In this document: piece by piece, positions 1 through 6,858 of the stretch
How positions within the stretch are numbered: position 1 is the stretch's first letter
How the letters are laid out: every line of letters starts with the position of its first letter
Assembly (NCBI GenBank): GCA_903831305.1
Contig: CAIKXE010000007.1
Coordinates: 1-39,360 of the forward strand
DNA: 39,360 nt
Reading direction: 5' to 3'
Source: an uncultured bacterium
GTDB lineage: Bacteria > Patescibacteriota > Minisyncoccia > Phycocordibacterales > GWA1-40-21
Notes under the pieces: model-generated
What the model was told of the DNA's origin: nothing
The model's input: the letters and a program-made list of their open reading frames with translations, nothing else
Databases searched by the model: none
Translations under genes and position numbers: made by a program

Positions 1-2
1 TC

Positions 3-893
3 CAGGCTCATCAATCCCTAGAACCGCAGATGCAAGAGGTATTAGATGAAAAGCTGAAGGATTTTGGCCCCGAGGCCGACAAATACCGCAAGAAAAGCGC
101 TGATATGAAGCACTTAACCGAGATTGACAAAAAGACCCAAGTCAATGAAACTCTGACTCGAGATGACCTCCTCTTCCTGTATGAAGTAAATGACCCTATT
201 GAAGGTTTTGGTTATGACACCGATCCCCGGATTAAAGAAATCCGCAGTAAAAGGAGCTATAACAATGACGCCTGTATTATTTTTAATTGTGAACTCTCTC
301 AAATCGCTATTGCCCCGGAAGAAATCAAACCTGACACCGTCGCCTATATCGGTCCTTGGGATCCAAAAGTTTTGCAAAAACTTCCGCCAACCACCAAATA
401 TATTTATGAATCCTTTCCAGACAAGAAAGTTTTCCGCAAAGAAATCACCCCCGATCCGGAAATCACTTCCGCTGAGACTGCGATTACTAAATTAGAAGCT
501 GAAGGACATAAAGTTTATGACTATGCTAAAGATATGCTCACCAAAGTAAATTGGCAAGAGACACTAAAATCGGCTTACGACGTCGTCTCTTTCTCGGTCG
601 GTGATCTATTTAACAATAGCCAAATTCACACTTACGCCGATATCAAAGCTAAGGCTCAAGAGCTGGGACTGGACTTAATCCCTCAAGCCCTAGTTCCAAC
701 TATCCGTCTAAATTATCCTAAAACTGGCGACTGGACCGTCATGGCTTTGAAGGAATCTATACGTGACCGCGATGGCAGCCTCAGGCTATTCTACTGCTAC
801 AGGAATGGTGCTGAATCCTGGCTCCGCAGCCACTACGGCCACGAGGACAGCAAGTGGAACTCCGACCATCGGTTCTTCTTTGTCCGCAAGTAA
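3..893 (+). CDS. DGR target (variable) protein, 5'-truncated by the window edge; C-terminal variable region, probably CLec-like fold
   Basis: Frame is open from base 3 (CAG GCT CAT CAA...), upstream of the ATG at 30. The last 44 codons match the TR apart from adenine substitutions. Ends ...RFFFVRK*. Confidence 0.92.
   Translation, partial: QAHQSLEPQMQEVLDEKLKDFGPEADKYRKKSADMKHLTEIDKKTQVNETLTRDDLLFLYEVNDPIEGFGYDTDPRIKEIRSKRSYNNDACIIFNCELSQIAIAPEEIKPDTVAYIGPWDPKVLQKLPPTTKYIYESFPDKKVFRKEITPDPEITSAETAITKLEAEGHKVYDYAKDMLTKVNWQETLKSAYDVVSFSVGDLFNNSQIHTYADIKAKAQELGLDLIPQALVPTIRLNYPKTGDWTVMALKESIRDRDGSLRLFYCYRNGAESWLRSHYGHEDSKWNSDHRFFFVRK
759..891 (+). repeat. DGR variable repeat (VR)
   Basis: Ungapped match to 1189-1321 (offset 430) with 13 mismatches (778, 792, 798, 825, 826, 829, 831, 834, 850, 854, 864, 867, 890), all opposite A in TR. 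Confidence 0.97.
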
Positions 894-958
894 CTTAATT
901 CTTATTTCTTAAATTTTAACTCTATCCCTTAATTTCTTTTTCCTTTATTCTTAATCCG

Positions 959-967
959 TGCTAAAAT
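959..967 (+). promoter_or_regulatory. Extended -10 promoter (TGcTAAAAT) for the TR-containing RNA
   Basis: TGnTAAAAT directly upstream of the structured leader. Similar TGnTATAAT motifs precede metK and frr in this window. Confidence 0.55.
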
Positions 968-974
968 AGCTTGG

Positions 975-1188
975 AAAGTAGGCGAATACGCTGGCGATTA
1001 CGGTTTCCAGCTGCCGAAATTAGTATCCATATATCCAGAATATCCGCGATTAAGGTTTCGGGTAGCGTGGTATATGCAGATCTTCAAAAAATGAAGTTAC
1101 TTGGTTCGAAATCTGGGGCATTATGATGCCAAATAATATTCAACCCTGCGAGTATTCTAGGGGTGGTGGTAAAGATGGATTTCGAACA
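975..1188 (+). ncRNA. Structured 5' leader of the DGR template RNA
   Basis: Stems: GCTGG/CCAGC (990-994/1007-1011), CTTCA-AAAAA-TGAAG (1082-1096), perfect 10-bp GTTCGAAATC/GATTTCGAAC (1104-1113/1178-1187) enclosing GGCAT/ATGCC (1117-1130) and ACCCT...AGGGGT. Confidence 0.6.
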
Positions 1189-1321
1189 ATACGTGACCGC
1201 GATGGCAACCTCAGGCTATTCAACTGCAACAGGAATGGTGCTGAATCCTGGCTCAACAACAACAACGGCCACGAGGACAACAAATGGAACTCCAACAATC
1301 GGTTCTTCTTTGTCCGCAAAT
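1189..1321 (+). repeat. DGR template repeat (TR)
   Basis: AAC-rich copy of VR (12 AAY codons in the target frame, including AACAACAACAAC), lying between the target and RT genes. Confidence 0.97.
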
Positions 1322-1324
1322 CAC

Positions 1325-1750
1325 TCATTTCTCTCCTGTTTTGTCAGGGGAGTTTTGTTTTAAGGTTTGTCCCAGCCATCCACCGAGGATTTTGCCGATT
1401 TCGTCAGTTTTTTCCGACAAAGCAATATATTTTTTATTATCCAGCGATTTGTTTTCCCAAAGAATAAGCAGAAAAATATTCAGAGTATTTATTTTTCGGA
1501 TAGCTAGGCGTATATAGGGTGTTTTTTCTTCCCGAGACAGAAAAATGGCGATAGAAACGGTTTCAATTGCATCAGTAAACAGACTATCCACTTTTTGACC
1601 GATAGTATTTCTGTGACATTTAGGCAAAATTCGGTAATACTCATACCATTGTTGATAGACTGTCTTTATTTTCTGAATAACTGACGGTAATTTGTTAGCT
1701 ATGATTGTTGCGGGGGGGGGGTGACTTATAGTTTTCTTTATTATGTCCAA
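1325..1750 (-). CDS. avd: Avd-like accessory variability determinant (four-helix bundle); start codon uncertain
   Basis: Basic helical protein with LPKxHRxTIG and C-terminal EIGKILGGW motifs typical of Avd/four-helix-bundle proteins, located between TR and RT. The only conventional in-frame start is TTG at 1750. Confidence 0.85.
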   Translation of the reverse strand: MDIIKKTISHPPPATIIANKLPSVIQKIKTVYQQWYEYYRILPKCHRNTIGQKVDSLFTDAIETVSIAIFLSREEKTPYIRLAIRKINTLNIFLLILWENKSLDNKKYIALSEKTDEIGKILGGWLGQTLKQNSPDKTGEK

Positions 1751-2744
1751 AATCCAATTTATTCATAAGTACGAGGATATCATATCTGTGGAAAATCTCC
1801 TAGAGGGATGGAAAGAATTTTTACATGGGAAGAAGAAAAAAGCAGATGTTTTGATTTTTCAAAATAATCTGATGCAAAATATTTTCTTACTTTATCAAGA
1901 TTTGGAAACAAAAAATTATAAACACTCGGAATATCAAGTGTTTAATATTTTGGACCCTAAACCAAGAGTAATTCATAAAGCTAAAGTCAGAGACAGATTA
2001 TTACATCATGCGTTATATAGATATTTATATCCATTTTTTAATAAGACTTTTATTGCCGATTCTTTTTCCTGTCGATTAACCAAAGGGACGCATCGGGCGA
2101 TAGAAAGATTTAATAGCTACTATCTTAAGGCTTCCAAAAATAATACCAGGCAAGTTTGGGTTCTGAAATGTGATATTAGAAAGTTCTTTGATTCCATAAA
2201 TCATAAAACATTACTAAAAATATTAGGTTCATATATTGAAGACAAAGAGATTATAGGACTTTTGCAAATAATAATTGGCAGTTTTTACAAAAGAGAAAGT
2301 GGCGTGGGTTTGCCTTTAGGTAACTTAACTTCCCAACTTTTTGTAAATATTTATATGAATGTTTTTGATCAGTTTGTAAAACATATTTTGAAAGTAAAGT
2401 GCTATATCAGATATTCTGATGATTTCGTTATTGTATCAGATAATAAAGTGTGGTTAGAAGAGATTTTAGTAAAAATTAGCGTTTTTCTGGATGAAAAATT
2501 GAAGTTATCTTTACACCCAAATAAGGTGTCCATAAATACTTTTTCATCAGGCATTGATTTTCTCGGTTGGGTAAACTTTTCTGACCATAAAGTGCTTAGA
2601 ACAAAGACAAAAAAGAGAATGTTTAAAAGATTAAGAAAAAGTTCGAAAGAAGAAACCGTCAATTCATATTTAGGGATGTTAAGTCATGGAAATACTGAAA
2701 AGTTGAAAACGAAAGTTTTAAATTTTCTACAAAATAAGGGTTAA
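1743..2744 (+). CDS. DGR reverse transcriptase
   Basis: RT motifs KPRVI, RDRLLHHAL, KCDIRKFFDSI, GLPLGNLTSQ (DGR-type GxxxSQ), YIRYSDDFV and GIDFLG. 333 aa with no maturase or endonuclease domain. Confidence 0.95.
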   Translation: MSKIQFIHKYEDIISVENLLEGWKEFLHGKKKKADVLIFQNNLMQNIFLLYQDLETKNYKHSEYQVFNILDPKPRVIHKAKVRDRLLHHALYRYLYPFFNKTFIADSFSCRLTKGTHRAIERFNSYYLKASKNNTRQVWVLKCDIRKFFDSINHKTLLKILGSYIEDKEIIGLLQIIIGSFYKRESGVGLPLGNLTSQLFVNIYMNVFDQFVKHILKVKCYIRYSDDFVIVSDNKVWLEEILVKISVFLDEKLKLSLHPNKVSINTFSSGIDFLGWVNFSDHKVLRTKTKKRMFKRLRKSSKEETVNSYLGMLSHGNTEKLKTKVLNFLQNKG

Positions 2745-2784
2745 TTTGAATTTTAATTGTAAAATTTAGGGTATGTGTTAATAT

Positions 2785-2985
2785 ATGAGTATGAGAAAAG
2801 ATTGGTCAAAATTATACAAGAAATATAAGGGGATGTGGGTGGCTTTGGCATCTGACGAAATGACCGTTCTTGGTGTAGGAAAAACGGTAAAAGAGGCCAT
2901 TTCCAAATCAACTAAAAAGAGTAAAGAAACCCCAATTCTTACAAGAATACCAGAAAATCTGGTTTCCTATGTAGGCTCACTATGA
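2785..2985 (+). CDS. Small DUF5678-like protein
   Basis: 66 aa with a KKYKGMWVAL...VLGVGKT pattern; ATGA overlap with the downstream protease. Confidence 0.65.
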   Translation: MSMRKDWSKLYKKYKGMWVALASDEMTVLGVGKTVKEAISKSTKKSKETPILTRIPENLVSYVGSL

Positions 2986-3380
2986 AATTTGATTACAAAC
3001 GATATGATACAAACACGCTCAGACCGGTGATACCGGTAAAATTGAAGAATAGTGAGACTAGTATTGGCTATGAGGTCTTGGTAGATTCCGGTGCTGATTT
3101 GTGTATCTTTGATGCTGAAATAGGCGAAGCACTTGGCCTTGACATAAGAAAAGGTAAGGTAAAAACAGTTTTTGGTGTTGGCGGAAAATCATCAGTTTAT
3201 TATTTGCATAATATAGAAATTGAGGTTGGTGGCTGGTCCTATAAAATTGAAGCTGGTTTTATGCTTGATGTCGCTGGAAGGGTTATGCCATTTGGACTCG
3301 TTGGACAAAAAGGTTTCTTTAATAATTTTATTGTAAAGTTTGATTTACTTAAAGAAGAAGTAGAATTAAAGAATAGATAA
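2982..3380 (+). CDS. Retropepsin-like (clan AA) aspartyl protease
   Basis: LVDSGAD catalytic motif and C-terminal GLVGQKGFF; single domain of 132 aa. Confidence 0.85.
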   Translation: MKFDYKRYDTNTLRPVIPVKLKNSETSIGYEVLVDSGADLCIFDAEIGEALGLDIRKGKVKTVFGVGGKSSVYYLHNIEIEVGGWSYKIEAGFMLDVAGRVMPFGLVGQKGFFNNFIVKFDLLKEEVELKNR

Positions 3381-3390
3381 CATAATAATA

Positions 3391-3418
3391 TTGTCTCTAG
3401 GTTTTTTTGTGCTATAAT
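3391..3418 (+). promoter_or_regulatory. Sigma70-type promoter for the riboswitch-metK transcript
   Basis: TTGTCT-16 nt-TATAAT with an extended TG. Confidence 0.6.
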
Positions 3419-3435
3419 AAAATCACAATTCCATA

Positions 3436-3530
3436 TTTATCAAGAGAACGGGGAGAGAATCAGCTCGATAATCCGTTCAGCAACCTGTCAGTTGATAAGG
3501 TGCTCCATCTGACCCGAAAGGGGAGATAAG
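3436..3530 (+). promoter_or_regulatory. SAM-I family (S-box) riboswitch aptamer
   Basis: TTATCAAGAG...GCAACC...AAGGTGC...GATAA consensus with P1 TTATC/GATAA, directly upstream of metK. Followed by a GCGGT/ACCGC hairpin and an imperfect hairpin plus T-run (3553-3579). Confidence 0.88.
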
Positions 3531-3613
3531 AGCGGTCGAACCGCATAGCTTGAATCCCCCCACCCGGAGGGAATTTTTTATTAGAGTTATTAGGAAAGAT
3601 AAATAAAAAATAT

Positions 3614-4603
3614 ATGATAAAAACTGCTGAAGCTGTCTCTATGTCTCACCCTGACAAAATTTGTGATCAGATCTCGGATGCCGTTTTAGATGCTTGTTTG
3701 AAACAAGATCCCTATTCTCGGGTAGCTATAGAATCCATGGGTGGGCACGGTCTCATAACGGTGTGTGGGGAGCTCACCACTAAAGCGCGGGTGGATATTG
3801 CCCGGATTGCTCTGGAAACATATCGTGATTGTGGCTATCTGGAGCCGGTGAAAATCAAGGTCAATGTCAAAACACAAAGTCCTGAGATTGCTCATGGAGT
3901 GGATCAGGAAGGAGCGGGTGATCAGGGGATTATGGTGGGTTATGCTACTAGTGAAACACGCGAATTATTACCACTGGAGGTGATATTGTCCCGAAAGCTC
4001 GCTCGCGCCATGGGGGCACGTGATGGTAAATCACAAGTGACCGTAAAGGATGGCAAGGTGCTCTCCTTTATTACTTCGGTCTGTGGTAATGAGAAGGATT
4101 ATCAGAAAATTTATAAGGAAATAAATAAAGTCGTAAAGAAAGAAATCGTACCACGGCTGGCTAAAGGTGTCACTTTAGAAAAAGCGTGGCTAAAGAATCC
4201 GAATGGTTCTTGGACTATCGGTGGCTTTGTGGCGGATACTGGACTCACTGGTCGGAAACTGGTGGTGGATAATTATGGGCCAAACATCCCCTTGGGCGGT
4301 GGTTGTTTTTCTGGTAAAGATGCCACCAAGGTGGACCGGAGTGCCGCTTATATGGCTAGGCGGATTGCGGTGGATTATTTAAAAAAGTATAAGGCGAAAG
4401 AGGTGTTTGTGCACTTGGCTTACGCTATCGGGGTGGCTGAACCGCAGATGGCGGTGGCCACGATCGATGGTCGGCAGGAGAAAATAACGGATTATGATTT
4501 GCGTCCACGGGCCATCATCAAGCAGTTAAACTTGTTCAAACCACAGTATCGCGAGACGGCTAAATACGGTCATTTTGGTAACGGTTTTACTTGGGATAAA
4601 TAA
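3614..4603 (+). CDS. metK: S-adenosylmethionine synthetase (compact)
   Basis: HPDKICDQISDAVLD, GAGDQG, DTGLTGRK and GGGCFSGKDATKVDRS motifs. Confidence 0.97.
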   Translation: MIKTAEAVSMSHPDKICDQISDAVLDACLKQDPYSRVAIESMGGHGLITVCGELTTKARVDIARIALETYRDCGYLEPVKIKVNVKTQSPEIAHGVDQEGAGDQGIMVGYATSETRELLPLEVILSRKLARAMGARDGKSQVTVKDGKVLSFITSVCGNEKDYQKIYKEINKVVKKEIVPRLAKGVTLEKAWLKNPNGSWTIGGFVADTGLTGRKLVVDNYGPNIPLGGGCFSGKDATKVDRSAAYMARRIAVDYLKKYKAKEVFVHLAYAIGVAEPQMAVATIDGRQEKITDYDLRPRAIIKQLNLFKPQYRETAKYGHFGNGFTWDK

Positions 4604-4611
4604 AATTCCTA

Positions 4612-6228
4612 TTAAAGGCGGTCTGAGTTAATTTCTGGCGAGACTGCTAAGTCAAAATCAATCAAATATAGGCGGGGAAGGCGGGCAAAGTCAGGCTCGC
4701 CTTTTTCATTGCGGTAAAAGCGAAGGCAAAAGTTTCCGTCATGAATATGGCCATGATCAAATCCGAGATTCAGTATTGTTTCGGTTATCATATTTCTGGT
4801 TTCAATTAGCTGTTCCATAAATATGTATGTTTTGGCTAGCCAGTCTTTCAAACTTATGTCTAAAACTCCGGTATAAGCATCAACCATGCCGTCAGTCGCT
4901 AGTTTGTAAGATATTATAGGTTCGATGGGCACATAATCAAAATCTTGTTTTTGCCAAAGTGAATAATTTTCAAATAGTTTTTGCCAGGCCGAAAATGCTT
5001 GTGGCGTAATGTGGCGTATTATAGCTTGATCTTTTAATTCACCACCAAGTAGGGTAGTCTCCGAACCAGATTTACTAAAGCCTTGTCTAGAAAAAGTTTC
5101 AGCACTAATATTTTTTTTCCGATACAGTGGTGGTTTTATCAACTCACGCCCCAGGCCTTTCTCGAAGGCAAGAGTAAATAAGGCACGTTTTTTATCATAA
5201 GGGGCGTAGTCAATCATTTCAGCAGCCAGCCGTTGTATTTCTTGGCTTGGGTTGTCCAAGTTTGTCCTGATTAAGGAATCCTTTTCATCTAGATGGGCGT
5301 ACTGAACCATTTGCAGAGATATCATCTGTGTTTTTAAATCTGAGCTATTCAAACCAAGTTTAATTAATTTCCCGATTTCAGATAAGGAAGCATATTCAAT
5401 CATCCTAGCTGCGAGTCTCTGTATTTCAATATCGGGATTTGTAAGACCAAGCCGAATATAGCTGGAGCGTTCATCCTGTTTCAGATATTGGCAAAGACTC
5501 AACCCTAATTTTTGCTCGTTTTGATCCAAACTGTTTAAACAACCCATTATCTTTTCTCTAGCAATTTTACTAAAGATCTCTTTGTCTCGGTTTGATAAAT
5601 ATTTGAGAATTCCTGGAGTAATATTTTGTTTTTCCGTCTCAAAGTTTTCTAAATCCAGCTTTATTTTATTAGCGATATTTTCTCTTAGTCCCAGTCTGTC
5701 TTCCTCCGGGGTATAGGCTATCATTTCAGCATATTTTTCCCATTTCTCGCGGTCAGCTGTTTCGAGCCCGGTCTTTATTTTTTCAGCTACCAATTTTCTT
5801 AATTCCATTCGTTCATCATCTGAGGCTAAAACTACCATTTGTGCCGCTATTACTTGCGTTTCAACGTGAGTACTCTCTAGTCCTTGTCTAGTTTTTTCAC
5901 TGACTATCTTTCTAAGCCCATCTCCATCTTCCTCGGGAGCAAAGCAAATCATTCCTGCGGTGATTTTTTGTACTTCTATATCGGTATTATCAAGGCTTGT
6001 TCTTATAAGCTCCGCTCTTTTTTCTGATGGGGTATTTTTAATGGTATTTATCAGAGAATAGGGAGAGTTTGCGATAAAACCATCCAGGTCCTGTTTTTTG
6101 TCAGCTTGATAACGATCAAAAGAGTGCTTGTTAACTGGGTCCTGACCAGGGATTTCATACATTTTTAAATAGTCGGGGAGTTCACCTTCAATATCAGTAA
6201 ACTCTTTTTTTGTCTCGGTATTTTCCAT
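4612..6228 (-). CDS. HEAT-like repeat protein with C-terminal kinase-like (PKL/APH-type) domain
   Basis: About 7 helical repeats of the form IRxGLxNxDxExQxxAAxMIxYA; C-terminal HGHIHDGNF...LYLIDFD. Confidence 0.65.
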   Translation of the reverse strand: MENTETKKEFTDIEGELPDYLKMYEIPGQDPVNKHSFDRYQADKKQDLDGFIANSPYSLINTIKNTPSEKRAELIRTSLDNTDIEVQKITAGMICFAPEEDGDGLRKIVSEKTRQGLESTHVETQVIAAQMVVLASDDERMELRKLVAEKIKTGLETADREKWEKYAEMIAYTPEEDRLGLRENIANKIKLDLENFETEKQNITPGILKYLSNRDKEIFSKIAREKIMGCLNSLDQNEQKLGLSLCQYLKQDERSSYIRLGLTNPDIEIQRLAARMIEYASLSEIGKLIKLGLNSSDLKTQMISLQMVQYAHLDEKDSLIRTNLDNPSQEIQRLAAEMIDYAPYDKKRALFTLAFEKGLGRELIKPPLYRKKNISAETFSRQGFSKSGSETTLLGGELKDQAIIRHITPQAFSAWQKLFENYSLWQKQDFDYVPIEPIISYKLATDGMVDAYTGVLDISLKDWLAKTYIFMEQLIETRNMITETILNLGFDHGHIHDGNFCLRFYRNEKGEPDFARLPRLYLIDFDLAVSPEINSDRL

Positions 6229-6302
6229 GTTTCTACTATTATAGCGGAAATATAGATTTAGCCAAACTGTTCTTATCTTTAGTAGCTTAATTTTACTTGG
6301 AG

Positions 6303-6311
6303 TTATCCACA
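6303..6311 (+). promoter_or_regulatory. DnaA box (TTATCCACA)
   Basis: Perfect consensus 9-mer in the divergent intergenic region upstream of mraZ. Confidence 0.55.
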
Positions 6312-6316
6312 GGGAA

Positions 6317-6388
6317 GTGGAAATTTGGTTTGTATTGTGGGATGAAGTGTTATAAAATAGTATCTAAGTGGGAGATCGTGGGAAATGG
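6317..6388 (+). promoter_or_regulatory. MraZ-binding GTGG(G) direct repeats
   Basis: GTGG/GTGGG at 6317, 6337, 6368 and 6378 with ~10-nt phasing upstream of mraZ, as in known MraZ operators. Confidence 0.65.
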
Positions 6389-6418
6389 TAAAACAATCAC
6401 TTACTACTAAAAAATATT

Positions 6419-6853
6419 ATGTTAATTGGTGAATACATCCACACATTAGATGACAAGAAGAGACTCTCACTCCCCGTGAAGTTTAGAAAAGAGATGGGCA
6501 AGAAAATCGTCCTGACTTCTGGTTTGGATAATTGTCTTTTTATTTTTACGATGAGTCAGTGGAAAAATATTTCCGCTAAATTATCTGAGGCTAATATGCT
6601 TCGGGCGGATAATCGTAGTTTTAATCGTTACATGTTTGGTAGTGCCACGGAAGTAGAGGTGGACAGTCTGGGGAGGATGCTTGTGCCAGACTTTTTGGTG
6701 GAGCGGGCCAGTCTGAAAGGTAAGGTGGCGCTCATCGGCGTGCAGGACCGGGTAGAAATCTGGAATGAAGACGCGTGGAAGGCTTACAAGGGAGTAGTAG
6801 AAAAGGAGGCGGATCAGTTGGCAGAAAAGCTCGGTAATGCGGGTATGCTCTAA
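6419..6853 (+). CDS. mraZ: Division/cell wall cluster transcriptional repressor MraZ
   Basis: MLIGEYxHTLDDKKRLSLP and DSLGRMLVP repeats; first gene of the dcw cluster. Confidence 0.97.
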   Translation: MLIGEYIHTLDDKKRLSLPVKFRKEMGKKIVLTSGLDNCLFIFTMSQWKNISAKLSEANMLRADNRSFNRYMFGSATEVEVDSLGRMLVPDFLVERASLKGKVALIGVQDRVEIWNEDAWKAYKGVVEKEADQLAEKLGNAGML

Positions 6854-6858
6854 AGAAA

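Larger units (their letters stand above)
3..2744 (+). mobile_element. Diversity-generating retroelement (target/VR - TR - inverted avd - RT)
   Basis: All components are co-located and VR/TR divergence is adenine-specific. Confidence 0.95.

Noticed and set aside
30..32. ATG at 30 as the start of the target gene
   Set aside because: The frame is open to the window edge, so the gene probably starts upstream.
1123..1467. 114-aa ORF whose middle resembles the target C-terminus (possible second target gene)
   Set aside because: It is the TR read in the target frame, running into antisense avd. TR is the non-coding template and is stop-free because of its AAC codons.
1743..2744. RT as group II intron, retron or Abi RT
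   Set aside because: No maturase/endonuclease extension or retron VTG motif. The GxxxSQ motif, Avd-like gene and A-specific TR/VR pair identify a DGR.
6303..6311. oriC at the DnaA box
   Set aside because: Single box with no cluster, and no dnaA or dnaN nearby.
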